Shown: piece by piece, positions 1 through 8,928 of the stretch
Position numbering within the stretch: position 1 is the first letter of the stretch
Layout: the number at the start of each line of letters is the position of its first letter
The notes under the pieces: generated by a model
The model's database searches: none
Told to the model about the DNA's origin: nothing
The model's input: the letters and a program-made list of their open reading frames with translations, nothing else
Assembly (NCBI GenBank): GCA_944390835.1
Contig: CALXQT010000010.1
Location: 583-64,582, forward strand
DNA length: 64,000 bases
DNA from: an uncultured Alphaproteobacteria bacterium
Lineage (GTDB): Bacteria > Pseudomonadota > Alphaproteobacteria > Rs-D84
Direction of reading: 5' to 3'
Translations under genes and position numbers: made by a program

Positions 1-2
1 TA

Positions 3-1232
3 TTGCCGGAGGCCGATGCCGTTGTAAACCCCAAGCGTACAGATGATAATTCAAAACTCGATTATTTGGCTGGTGTTGGTGTGGCTTTTTTAACTTTGGT
101 TGCTTTGCGAAGAGAGTTAAGAGGTCGCAATCTAAGTTCTGATATGGACCAACGTATTAAAGACACTAATTTAATGAATTATTTGGATTTAGTGGCTTTG
201 GGAACTATTTGTGATACTATGCCACTGATAGGACTAAATAGGGCTTTTGTTGCAACAGGTTTAAAAATTTTAGGTCTGCGTAATAATTTGGGGTTACGTA
301 CGTTGATGGATATTGCCGGAATAAAAAAACCTTCTGTATATGCAGCTGGCTTTGCCATAGGACCACGTTTAAATGCAGCGGGGCGTTTAGATTCGGCAGC
401 ACCAGCGTTGGAATTATTACTTACAGATAATCCATTAATTGCAAATGATTTAGCGCAAAAATTACATCAAATGAATCAGGATAGGGTTGATATACAAAAT
501 GCAATAATGGTGTCCGCAGGTGATATAGCTCAGAAATGCTGTGATGCTGGGTGCTGCAGTTTATTTGTGTGTGGTGACAACTGGCATGGCGGGGTTATGG
601 GTATAATAGCGGGTCGTTTAAAAGATAAATACAATTTACCGTCTTGCGTTGCTACCAGATGTGATGGGGTTATAAATGGTTCTGGGCGTTCTATTCCTGG
701 GGTGGACTTGGGAAAAATTATACACGATGCGTTGGCACTGGGTATTCTGTCAGAGGGGGGCGGGCATGCTGCCGCTGCTGGTTTTTCTTTAAGTGCAGAA
801 AACGAACAGCGTTTTTGTAATTTTTTGGAACAGTCAGTAAAAGAGCAATTAAATGGTGAAAAACCAAGTTGTGAAATAGTTGCAGATGCAGAAATAGATG
901 CAGGTAGCGCAACTTTAAAACTGGTAAATAAATTAAATGCATTAGAACCGTTCGGGCAAGGTAACCCAGAGCCATTGTTTATATTAAATGGTGCGTCGTT
1001 ACGGTTTGCTACGACAATGGGGCATGGTTCACACCTAAGAGGAAGTTTCGTAACAAGTAGCGGAACGCAATTGGCCTTCGTTGGTTTTAATTTAGTTGGT
1101 ACACCTGTTGGTGATTTTTTACTGGACGACGCAAACACAAACACTACAATAAAAGTATTGGGTAAATTGAAAGAAAACGAATATAACGGAAGAACTACTG
1201 TTCAACTTGTACTTGAAGATATAGCTGTATAA
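3..1232 (+). CDS. recJ: Single-stranded-DNA-specific exonuclease RecJ (C-terminal ~410 aa; 5' end lies outside the window)
   Basis: ORF is open at the left window edge. It has the DHHA1 motif GGGHAAAAGF, EPFGQGNPEP and a C-terminal region typical of RecJ. Confidence 0.9.
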   Translation: MPEADAVVNPKRTDDNSKLDYLAGVGVAFLTLVALRRELRGRNLSSDMDQRIKDTNLMNYLDLVALGTICDTMPLIGLNRAFVATGLKILGLRNNLGLRTLMDIAGIKKPSVYAAGFAIGPRLNAAGRLDSAAPALELLLTDNPLIANDLAQKLHQMNQDRVDIQNAIMVSAGDIAQKCCDAGCCSLFVCGDNWHGGVMGIIAGRLKDKYNLPSCVATRCDGVINGSGRSIPGVDLGKIIHDALALGILSEGGGHAAAAGFSLSAENEQRFCNFLEQSVKEQLNGEKPSCEIVADAEIDAGSATLKLVNKLNALEPFGQGNPEPLFILNGASLRFATTMGHGSHLRGSFVTSSGTQLAFVGFNLVGTPVGDFLLDDANTNTTIKVLGKLKENEYNGRTTVQLVLEDIAV

Positions 1233-1234
1233 TT

Positions 1235-2191
1235 ATGAATTTAGAAAAACTGAAACTTTTATCTGATAAGATTAGTAAAGCGCGAACTATCGCGATTGCT
1301 GGACATAAAAATCCAGATGGGGACTCCTTGTGTTCGGTTTTGGCTTTGGCGCAGTTGATAAAGTTAAATTTTAATAAAGATGCAGTATGTCTTTATGACG
1401 GTAATATACCAGATATGCTGGATAATGTACCTTTAAGAGATATGATGGTTTATTTTAGCAAAGCCGATTTATCACATCCTTTTGATTTAATGTTTGTACT
1501 GGATTATGGAACTAAAAATCATATCGGTGGCGCAATGCCAGCATTAGAGAAAGCGGGGTTTATAATAGAAATAGATCATCATAAAAACGATGATAATATT
1601 GGTGACTTATGTTTAAATGATGATAAGGCCGCCTCTGTTGGGGAAATACTGTTTAATATTTCAAATAAATTAAAGTGGTTGCGTGATCATGCAGTAAATG
1701 ATCTGTTTGCCATTTCTATTTTAACAGATACGGGTTATTTTAAGTATGCACGTAAAGGAAGTATATTTCGTGTAATGGCATCATTAGTAGATTCTGGTGT
1801 TGATGTAGAGTATATTTCAAATCTTTTAGATAATAAACCACGAAAGACGGTCGTAACAGAGGCTGATGTTGTGGCTAAAACGGAATTTTTATTTCATGGA
1901 AAACTTGCACTAGCGACTATAGATGCCGATGCTTATAAAAATTTAGATGGACGTGGTGAAACAGTATTAAGTTTATTAAGACAGATAAAAGGCATAGAAT
2001 ATATTGTATTATTAAAAAGGCAAAAGGCGAACCAGACGGGGGTATCGTTACGCGGTAAAACGAAACCAGTGGATAAATTTGCCGCAGCGTTGGGTGGGGG
2101 CGGGCATACGTATGCTGCGGGTGCGGTTGTTCAAGATTCTTTGGAAAATGTTCGCTGTAAAATTCTGGAGTTATTTAGGGGGATAAAATGA
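1235..2191 (+). CDS. nrnA: DHH/DHHA1 phosphoesterase, NrnA-like oligoribonuclease/pAp phosphatase
   Basis: Motifs GHKNPDGDSLCS, EIDHHKND and GGGGHTYAAG. The start lies 3 nt after the recJ stop. Confidence 0.8.
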   Translation: MNLEKLKLLSDKISKARTIAIAGHKNPDGDSLCSVLALAQLIKLNFNKDAVCLYDGNIPDMLDNVPLRDMMVYFSKADLSHPFDLMFVLDYGTKNHIGGAMPALEKAGFIIEIDHHKNDDNIGDLCLNDDKAASVGEILFNISNKLKWLRDHAVNDLFAISILTDTGYFKYARKGSIFRVMASLVDSGVDVEYISNLLDNKPRKTVVTEADVVAKTEFLFHGKLALATIDADAYKNLDGRGETVLSLLRQIKGIEYIVLLKRQKANQTGVSLRGKTKPVDKFAAALGGGGHTYAAGAVVQDSLENVRCKILELFRGIK

Positions 2192-2805
2192 AGTGGAAGA
2201 TATTTTCTGTAATTTTTGGATTTGTTTTTTGTACTGTAGCAAACGCGGCTGTAGATACAAATTTGATTAATTCTGCAGAAAAATATCTAAATTCTATAAC
2301 TGGTTTATCTGGAAATTTCGTTCAAACCGCAAGCGGTAAAAAAGAAAAAGGCGAATTTGCTATGTTGCGCCCAGGAAGGGTAAGGTTGGATTATGATAAT
2401 TTACCTGTTCAGCTTATTTCAGATGGTCGGGATTTATATTTCTTTGATAAGTCTTTAGACCAGATTACAACTGTGCCGTTGACCAGCACACCCGCCGGAA
2501 TTTTGATTCGGGAAAACATAGATTTGCAAAATGCAGATATTAGTGTAATTGAAACCGCAGATATGGATGATACGTTTTCTTTAAAGATGAATTTGCGTGG
2601 TCAAGAGGGGCTTGGAAATATGACGGTTGTTTTTGATAAAAAACCAGTAAAATTAAATTCGTGGACTGTTATTGATGCAACTGGGGCCAAAACAGACGTT
2701 GCTTTTAACGGGTTAAAAACAAAAACGAATTTCCCGTCAGACTATTTCCAGATTCAACATCATAGAACAATAAGCACTAGTGGCGGAGACGCTTTTTACG
2801 ACTAA
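2188..2805 (+). CDS. lolA: Outer-membrane lipoprotein carrier protein LolA-like
   Basis: ATGA overlap with nrnA. Signal peptide (..TVANA/AVD). LolA-like core GNFVQT..GEFAMLRPGRVRLDY..LISDGRDLYFFD. About 200 aa. Confidence 0.75.
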   Translation: MKWKIFSVIFGFVFCTVANAAVDTNLINSAEKYLNSITGLSGNFVQTASGKKEKGEFAMLRPGRVRLDYDNLPVQLISDGRDLYFFDKSLDQITTVPLTSTPAGILIRENIDLQNADISVIETADMDDTFSLKMNLRGQEGLGNMTVVFDKKPVKLNSWTVIDATGAKTDVAFNGLKTKTNFPSDYFQIQHHRTISTSGGDAFYD

Positions 2806-2807
2806 AA

Positions 2808-3125
2808 ATGTTTGGAATAAGTTGGTCAGAATTTTTGGTTATCTTGTTGGTTGCCGTATTGGTAATTCCGGCACGTATGTGGCCGGATGTGGCCAGGTTC
2901 TTGGCAAAAGCTGTAACTTTTATCAGAAAATTAATTTGGAAAATAACAGATGCTTCTGAGCAAATAAAACAACAAATAGATTTAGAAAAGCCTATTGACG
3001 ATTTAATTCGTACAACTACGGCAGATATGTTAAATGGTATTTCTGAGCCCCTTAAAAAGGGGAAGTACGATAACAAAACAGTTAAAACAAAAGTAAAAAC
3101 AAAGAAAAAGAGAACAAGCAAATGA
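2808..3125 (+). CDS. tatB: Sec-independent translocase TatA/TatB family protein (size fits TatB)
   Basis: N-terminal MFGISWSEFLVILLVAVLVI TM helix followed by an amphipathic helix and a Lys-rich tail. Immediately upstream of tatC. Confidence 0.75.
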   Translation: MFGISWSEFLVILLVAVLVIPARMWPDVARFLAKAVTFIRKLIWKITDASEQIKQQIDLEKPIDDLIRTTTADMLNGISEPLKKGKYDNKTVKTKVKTKKKRTSK

Positions 3126-3835
3126 TGCGCATGACTTTGGGACAACATTTTGCGGAACTTCGTCGGCGGATATTATTAACGCTTGGGCTATTTGTTATCG
3201 TTTTAATCTTTGGTTGGTATATATCACCGTGGCTGCAGGAGTTCTTAACTACGCCGTTATTGACGGTTTGGCCGGATGGCGCATTGCTATATACAGGAAT
3301 TGCAGATGGATTAATGATTCGTTTTTCTTTGTCTGTTTTATTTAGTTTATTTATTACGACTCCGTTTGCATTGTGGAATTTATGGACTTTTGTTGCACCA
3401 GGATTACATAAGTCCGAAAGAAACGTAATTTGGCCAATTTTAATTAGTTCCCCGATTTTATTTATAACGGGGGCTGCATTCGCATTTTATATATTATTTC
3501 CATTTATATTCGGTTTTTTCATTGAGTTAAATCAATCTGCTCTTGTGCCTGCGGTTGTTCTACCTGCGGCTGCAGAGTATTTATCTTTTGCTATCGGATT
3601 ATTAAAAGTTTTTGGTATCGCTTTTCAGTTGCCTTTGATTTTAGTTTTACTTAATCGTGTGGGAATATTGTCTCGTGAAAGAGCGGTAAAAATGCGTCGA
3701 TATGCAATAGTTTTGATTGTAGTAGTTGCAGCTGTTCTAACGCCTCCTGATGTTGTTTCGCAGATACTATTGGCATTACCTATGTGGGGCTTGTTTGAAA
3801 TTAGTTTATTATTTATGCGCGATGATAGAAAATAG
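3122..3835 (+). CDS. tatC: Sec-independent protein translocase TatC
   Basis: ATGA overlap with tatB. Six hydrophobic segments. N-terminus LGQHFAELRRRIL is typical of TatC. Confidence 0.9.
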   Translation: MMRMTLGQHFAELRRRILLTLGLFVIVLIFGWYISPWLQEFLTTPLLTVWPDGALLYTGIADGLMIRFSLSVLFSLFITTPFALWNLWTFVAPGLHKSERNVIWPILISSPILFITGAAFAFYILFPFIFGFFIELNQSALVPAVVLPAAAEYLSFAIGLLKVFGIAFQLPLILVLLNRVGILSRERAVKMRRYAIVLIVVVAAVLTPPDVVSQILLALPMWGLFEISLLFMRDDRK

Positions 3836-3872
3836 ATAAGATTTATTGTATTTTTTATGGTATAATTAGCGT

Positions 3873-5204
3873 GTGAAAAAATTCTGTGTATATTTTATTG
3901 GCTTGGGCGCATTATGTCTTGCCGCGTGTGATTTGCAGCCAAAAATTGTATCGCTGCCGGATACGGTAGGCGAGTTCATTTCTGCACGTTATCCTGCTTT
4001 GTTGGCAGATCCCGAGACGCAACCAGAAATATATTATTCGGCTGCGACTGACTATGGTGTTTACGCCTCTCCGAATTTATACGGTTCTGTTCAATCGGCA
4101 GATTATGTCGAATATGCAAGTGTGGATGATTATATCGTCCCGCCGGCTAAAGAAGGTGCAGCTATGTATGGTGATGCGCCAGTTTTGGCAAGCGTTGAAT
4201 ATGGCGAGCCTATCGTTACAACAAAAACAGAAATCGCGGATGCAGATAGCGAATACTTATTTGTGCCAATGTATGGTGGAGTAAAAACTATTCAATCAAC
4301 AACAGAGGTTACGGTTAAAACAGGCGATACGTTGTATTCTTTAGCAAAGAAATATAATACATCTGTTGATGAAATTGCAAAGGCAAATGATTTGTCAGAG
4401 CCGTACTCTTTATATGGGGGACAGGTTTTAAAAATACCGACAACTTCGGAAACAACAGTTGCACAAACTATAAAAGTTCCTAATAGTACGATTGAAAAAG
4501 CTAATACTACTACGCGGGTTGCACTGCAAGAAATAACAGTTAAGGCGGGGGATACATTGTATTCATTATCGCGTCAATATTCGGTACCTGTAAACGATTT
4601 GGCAGTTATGAATAATTTAACGACACCGTTTACATTATCTGTGGGGCAGAAATTAAAAGTTCCTAACCTAAGTAATGCTCCTGTTCGTGCCGCTTCTGTT
4701 GCGGATAATAAGACGGCCACTGTGGCGACTTCTGCATCATCTAAAACTACCCAAACAACAGCGAAACCGAAAACAAAGATTTCTTCTGATCCTACGAAAA
4801 AACTACCTACCATCAGCGCAAGGTCTTCTTCTAAATTTACTTGGCCTGTTCAAGGCAAGGTGTTATCTAGTTATGGTTCTAAATCTAATGGATTATTTAA
4901 TGATGGAATAAACATTGGGGCGGCACGTGGAACAACGGTAAAAGCTGCAGAAAATGGTGTAGTGGCATATGCTGGTAATGAAGTAAAAGGTATGGGAAAC
5001 TTAATAATTATTCAACATTCTGATGGGTGGATGACCGTTTATGCACATCTTGATTCAATGTCTGTACGGCGCGGTACAAAGGTTTTAGTAGGACAAAAAA
5101 TAGGTACTGTGGGTGAAACAGGTAAAGTAGACCAACCCCAGTTACATTTTGAAATCAGAAAAGGGACCAAGGCATATAATCCATCTTCATATCTAAAAAA
5201 GTAA
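3873..5204 (+). CDS. nlpD: LysM-domain M23 peptidase lipoprotein (NlpD-like murein hydrolase activator)
   Basis: GTG start. Lipobox LCLAAC. Two LysM repeats (VKTGDTLYSLAKKY.., VKAGDTLYSLSRQY..). C-terminal M23 motifs (GINIGAARGT, HLHFEIRKG). Confidence 0.85.
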   Translation: MKKFCVYFIGLGALCLAACDLQPKIVSLPDTVGEFISARYPALLADPETQPEIYYSAATDYGVYASPNLYGSVQSADYVEYASVDDYIVPPAKEGAAMYGDAPVLASVEYGEPIVTTKTEIADADSEYLFVPMYGGVKTIQSTTEVTVKTGDTLYSLAKKYNTSVDEIAKANDLSEPYSLYGGQVLKIPTTSETTVAQTIKVPNSTIEKANTTTRVALQEITVKAGDTLYSLSRQYSVPVNDLAVMNNLTTPFTLSVGQKLKVPNLSNAPVRAASVADNKTATVATSASSKTTQTTAKPKTKISSDPTKKLPTISARSSSKFTWPVQGKVLSSYGSKSNGLFNDGINIGAARGTTVKAAENGVVAYAGNEVKGMGNLIIIQHSDGWMTVYAHLDSMSVRRGTKVLVGQKIGTVGETGKVDQPQLHFEIRKGTKAYNPSSYLKK

Positions 5205-5206
5205 AA

Positions 5207-5230
5207 AAAACCGCTATGCGGTTTTTATTT
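5207..5230 (+). terminator. Rho-independent terminator after nlpD
   Basis: aaaaccgc-tat-gcggtttt hairpin followed by a T-run. Confidence 0.6.
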
Positions 5231-5306
5231 TGGTGGGCGCGCAGGGACTCGAACCCTGGACCCACTGATTAAGAGTCAGTTGCTCTACCAACTGAGCTAC
5301 GCACCC
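5231..5306 (-). tRNA. tRNA-Lys (anticodon CUU), CCA encoded
   Basis: The reverse complement folds as a 76-nt cloverleaf. Acceptor GGGTGCG/CGCGCCC, D-arm GCTCAGTTGGTAGAGC, anticodon loop CTCTTAA, T-arm GGTTCGAGTCC, 3' ACCA. Confidence 0.95.
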
Positions 5307-5510
5307 GGGTCCGTTTGACTTTATAAAAATATCAGCCTTTTAACCTAGGCGATTATAGTCCTTTTTTTACTAAATGCAAGGGCATTTATATTTTATGTTA
5401 CGCATGTTTTCAGTATAGGCAGCCATACCTATGTAAAGTTGTTTTTGTCTTTGATAACATTACAATGGTGACATGAAAGGTTCTTTTAACAAAAAACAAG
5501 GAGAGAGAAA

Positions 5511-6122
5511 ATGAAAAAAGTAGTTATATCGACACTGGCTGTGTTGATTGCAAGTCCTGCATTAGCAACGGGTTATCAATCACAGGGTAGCAGTTGGCAG
5601 ATGTTTGGCTTGGACCCATATATCGGTATTCGTGGCGGAGCCAGTTACTCTAATTTGAACTATAATTATAACGATCACAAAGAAACATTGTCGGATATGG
5701 TTTTTCAGGGTAGAGCGGCAATGGGATTAGAAATATGTGATACTGTACGTTCTGAAATAGAATGGTCTATATACAGTAAAGCGAAAGATAGCGCGAGATT
5801 TGGTGAAGCAGAAGATATTAAAATTGAAACGAAATTGCAAACGTTATTGTGGAATTCTTACTGGGAAATCGGTGGGTATCACATGGTACGTCCATTCATC
5901 GGTCTAGGTGTTGGTGCCGCGTTTGCAGATGTTAAACGCGAAATTCCTGATGTTGGTCATCATAGTGAAAATAAAACACGTTTTTCTGCAATGGGTACAC
6001 TGGGTGTAACGTTTGATATGAAAAAGTTTGCTGTTGATTTAGCAGCACGTTATAACTATGTTGATATCAATTCAGGTTTGCATAATTTTGGTGGAGATAT
6101 AGGTATAAGATTTATGTTCTAA
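5511..6122 (+). CDS. Outer-membrane beta-barrel protein (Omp25/31-like, small porin-family barrel)
   Basis: Strong RBS (aaggagag). Signal peptide ..SPALA/TG. Alternating hydrophobic beta-strand pattern. C-terminal ..GIRFMF aromatic terminus. Confidence 0.7.
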   Translation: MKKVVISTLAVLIASPALATGYQSQGSSWQMFGLDPYIGIRGGASYSNLNYNYNDHKETLSDMVFQGRAAMGLEICDTVRSEIEWSIYSKAKDSARFGEAEDIKIETKLQTLLWNSYWEIGGYHMVRPFIGLGVGAAFADVKREIPDVGHHSENKTRFSAMGTLGVTFDMKKFAVDLAARYNYVDINSGLHNFGGDIGIRFMF

Positions 6123-6139
6123 TATAAGCCAAACTTTAA

Positions 6140-6169
6140 ACGCCCCATAAAACCGGGGCGTATTTTTTA
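6140..6169. terminator. Bidirectional rho-independent terminator
   Basis: acgcccc-N8-ggggcgt hairpin plus tttttt, between convergent genes. Confidence 0.75.
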
Positions 6170-6196
6170 TATCGCTTATTTTTTATGGGTGTGCGC

Positions 6197-6553
6197 TTAT
6201 AAGAGTTTTGCCAGCGCCATTTTGTTTAAAAAACCTTCTTCTATCGCACTTAATAAGGATCTCATCCCTTCGTTTAATTCGCCATCGTTTTGAAGTTCTT
6301 CTAAATGAGAAATTATAGTTTCACACATTTTTATTAAATCATTTTCTATAAGTTTTGAATTTAATATATTGGCTTTAAATACATTTTTGTTATCCATTGC
6401 CATAAAATATGCCTCAGAGATATTATCAACCCAATCGTCAATTTCTTCTGTTAATCGGTCAAATAAAAGGTGATCGGCATATTTATTAGTTGTCCAATGA
6501 TTAATTTTACAGGCATATTTAAAAGCGATTAAATGTTGTAAAAGTTCATACAT
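6197..6553 (-). CDS. Hypothetical small helical protein, possibly ferritin/Dps-like four-helix bundle
   Basis: 118 aa with RBS aaaggagaaaaaa. The segment INHWTTNKYADHLLFDRLTEEIDDWVDNISEAY resembles the Dps pattern HW..G..F..H..F.E....D.IAE. Weak call. Confidence 0.35.
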   Translation of the reverse strand: MYELLQHLIAFKYACKINHWTTNKYADHLLFDRLTEEIDDWVDNISEAYFMAMDNKNVFKANILNSKLIENDLIKMCETIISHLEELQNDGELNEGMRSLLSAIEEGFLNKMALAKLL

Positions 6554-6739
6554 TTTTTTCTCCTTTGGTTACATAGATAAAACATATCACTTGAATTATT
6601 TTTTTATTATAGGATCAAATTCAAAAAAACGCTCTATGTGCATGATTTCTTGATATTCCTAGGCATTGAAACCTGACGAAAAATAGACTTTTTTAATATA
6701 AAATAACTTTTGTAACCATAAGGAAAAAAGGAGACCTTT

Positions 6740-7285
6740 ATGAAAAAACTAATAAAAAAAATGTTAATATTATCTTCTGTTTTTGCATTAGCTGTTTTGA
6801 TGGCCGGATGTACAAATTGTGGTCAAAAAAAGATGCGGCCACAACCAAAGCAACCTATGCAACAACAAATGACCGAAACGGTTGTTTTTTATCAAACATA
6901 TGAAGATTCAGATATAAACCGTGTAGAAGCAAAAATGTATACGCACAGTAGTCATGGTGGAGAATCTCGTATGGGTAATATCAAATTTGTAGAAACAGAT
7001 GCAGGATTAAAAATGGAGGTAGACGTAACGGATTTGCGACCAGGAAAAGTTTATACCATGAAAATATATCCGTGTAGCAAATGTGATAGCGGCATGTGCT
7101 GCAATAAATCACCGATGCAGATGAATATGCCAACGCTAAGTGTAACTAAACCTGGACGTTTGAAAGAATCCTTTATAATCCAGGGTTTAACGGCGGAACA
7201 GCTGAATAATGCTAAATTATATCTAGAACGTGACGGGGGGTATAAAGCTGCTTGGGGTACGCTGAAAAAAGGTATGATGTTGTAA
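6740..7285 (+). CDS. Lipoprotein with a Cu,Zn-superoxide-dismutase-like core that lacks the metal-ligand histidines
   Basis: RBS aaggagacc. Lipobox LMAGC. MGNIKFVETDAGLKMEVDVTDLRPGKVYTMKIYPCSKC aligns by eye to the SodC pattern IG.V.ItEtd.GL.....L..L.PG.HGFHIH..G.C. The C-terminal ..LERDGGYKAAWGTL resembles SodC ..VH.GGD...ACGV. Confidence 0.5.
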   Translation: MKKLIKKMLILSSVFALAVLMAGCTNCGQKKMRPQPKQPMQQQMTETVVFYQTYEDSDINRVEAKMYTHSSHGGESRMGNIKFVETDAGLKMEVDVTDLRPGKVYTMKIYPCSKCDSGMCCNKSPMQMNMPTLSVTKPGRLKESFIIQGLTAEQLNNAKLYLERDGGYKAAWGTLKKGMML

Positions 7286-7305
7286 AGTGTCCGTAGTCTA
7301 AGACT

Positions 7306-7333
7306 AAAGCCCGAGTTTCCTCGGGCTTTTTTT
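7306..7333 (+). terminator. Rho-independent terminator
   Basis: agcccgag-tttc-ctcgggct hairpin plus T7. Confidence 0.85.
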
Positions 7334-7379
7334 AATAAAACACTTTAAGAAAAAAATCTTATATGCTATACCTATTTTT

Positions 7380-8927
7380 GTGTATGTCAGATGGTGTTTC
7401 TTTATAATTCTGTTTAATACAATATCGACATTCAGTTATGCCGAGACTGTTTACGTGAATGGAAATTTACAAAATATAGAAATACGTAAAAATACAGAAA
7501 TAACGGAAAATTCAACTGTACATAATATAAATATTGCAAAAGCAGTTAACATTAATAACAAGGGCGTAATAACCGGCTTAGTTCAAATATGTCGCGGATG
7601 CGATGTTAATATTGAAAATTCTGGTTTTATAAATGCGGTGTTTGATGTGCCGAATGAGTCTATGGTTAATCAGATAATACATGATGAATCTGATATTAAT
7701 TTATTGGGTATTACTAACAATTTTCAGATAAAAGTAGAAAACGCAGAAAGAATATCCTTAAGTAAATTAAAATCAATTTCTAATTTAGCTGATAAAATCA
7801 TTATTAACGATTCTGGTTTAGATCTTGGCTCAAAACTTGAAGATACTAAAGCATTTCCGCCAAATATGGAGTTGCGTGGAAATATCACTTTATATATTGA
7901 TGATCTTTCTATTTTTGATGATAAGCCAGTTTTATCAAATGTTTCTGGTAATGGTACGATTATTGTGAAGTCAGATGAAGTTAACCCTTTATATAGATTT
8001 TCTTCGTTTGTATCGGATAATAATTTGTATATTTCAATGCTAAGAGATACCGATTATGTAAAAATATTGGATGATAAAATTGGTTCTTTCTTAAATGAAA
8101 TTCGTTTAAAAAATCCGTCAGATAAACTACTAGGGGCTTTGGATAATGCACAGTCTATGAGCGAAATAAAAGATTTAATTTCTAAATCTGTGCGTTTGAA
8201 TCCGATTAGATTAATGGATGCAGTTCGGACTTTTAATACATTTGAAGTAAATAAATTTGCAAGCGATATTAATGGATTGGGTTTTTCGCCTATGTTTATA
8301 TTTTCTAATAGTTTTAATATTTCTGGGGCAACGGCAGATGTGGGTTATAGCTTTACAAAAGATTTACGAATAGGTGTATCGGGTTATGCCGCAAAAATTA
8401 ATTTTGCTGACAACATTGATGAATATGAGGGCTTTTTATATGGAGGTAATATTCGCATATCATATAAAAATGGTTTTATATTATCTCGTATATTAGCGGG
8501 TCTAACACAAGCAAATTTTAAAATAGATTCTATATTTGACGGCGAGACAGCATTAACTAACCCGGAAGGAAAATCGTTTTATTCTTTTGGTGATATTGGT
8601 GTAAATTTTGATGTTTTATCAAATTTGTCTATTTCGCCTTTTATACGAATAGGGTTAAATTCTGCTGAAATTGCCAACGCGACAGATACTGGTGTTTTGA
8701 CGGGCATCGGTACAGATTTATTCTTAATGACCGACACATATGATATAAAATATAAATATGGGATAAATATAAGCGCGTATACCAATGGCATAGTTAATGC
8801 AATGTTTCAAGTTGATATGATGTCCGTTGCTGATGGGGCAGGTGGTAATATTCAATTAGGTATAGTTCGTGATGAATTTGAAAATTTCAGTTATAAAGTT
8901 GGTATAACAGCCGGTTTAAAATTTTAA
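7380..8927 (+). CDS. Autotransporter-type outer-membrane protein (Asn/Ile-rich passenger plus C-terminal beta-barrel)
   Basis: GTG start with a short signal (..TFSYA/ET). Repetitive N/I-rich passenger. The last ~270 aa show an alternating beta-strand pattern ending ..ITAGLKF. Confidence 0.6.
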   Translation: MYVRWCFFIILFNTISTFSYAETVYVNGNLQNIEIRKNTEITENSTVHNINIAKAVNINNKGVITGLVQICRGCDVNIENSGFINAVFDVPNESMVNQIIHDESDINLLGITNNFQIKVENAERISLSKLKSISNLADKIIINDSGLDLGSKLEDTKAFPPNMELRGNITLYIDDLSIFDDKPVLSNVSGNGTIIVKSDEVNPLYRFSSFVSDNNLYISMLRDTDYVKILDDKIGSFLNEIRLKNPSDKLLGALDNAQSMSEIKDLISKSVRLNPIRLMDAVRTFNTFEVNKFASDINGLGFSPMFIFSNSFNISGATADVGYSFTKDLRIGVSGYAAKINFADNIDEYEGFLYGGNIRISYKNGFILSRILAGLTQANFKIDSIFDGETALTNPEGKSFYSFGDIGVNFDVLSNLSISPFIRIGLNSAEIANATDTGVLTGIGTDLFLMTDTYDIKYKYGINISAYTNGIVNAMFQVDMMSVADGAGGNIQLGIVRDEFENFSYKVGITAGLKF

Positions 8928-8928
8928 T

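Noticed and set aside
530-1144. A 204-aa ORF antisense to recJ, plus other long antisense or out-of-frame ORFs in the track: 24445-24951 (-), 14450-14785, 28410-28844, 32405-32912, 35465-35875, 37304-37705, 51066-51386.
   Set aside because: Each overlaps a confidently recognised gene on the other strand or in another frame. They have no RBS or start context and show low-complexity or odd composition. They are shadow ORFs.
5231-8927. tRNA-Lys as an integration site for a genomic island (OMP, ferritin-like protein, SodC-like lipoprotein, autotransporter).
   Set aside because: There is no integrase and I could not spot a direct repeat of the tRNA 3' end. The accessory genes lie on the 5' side of the tRNA rather than the 3' side used by most integrases.
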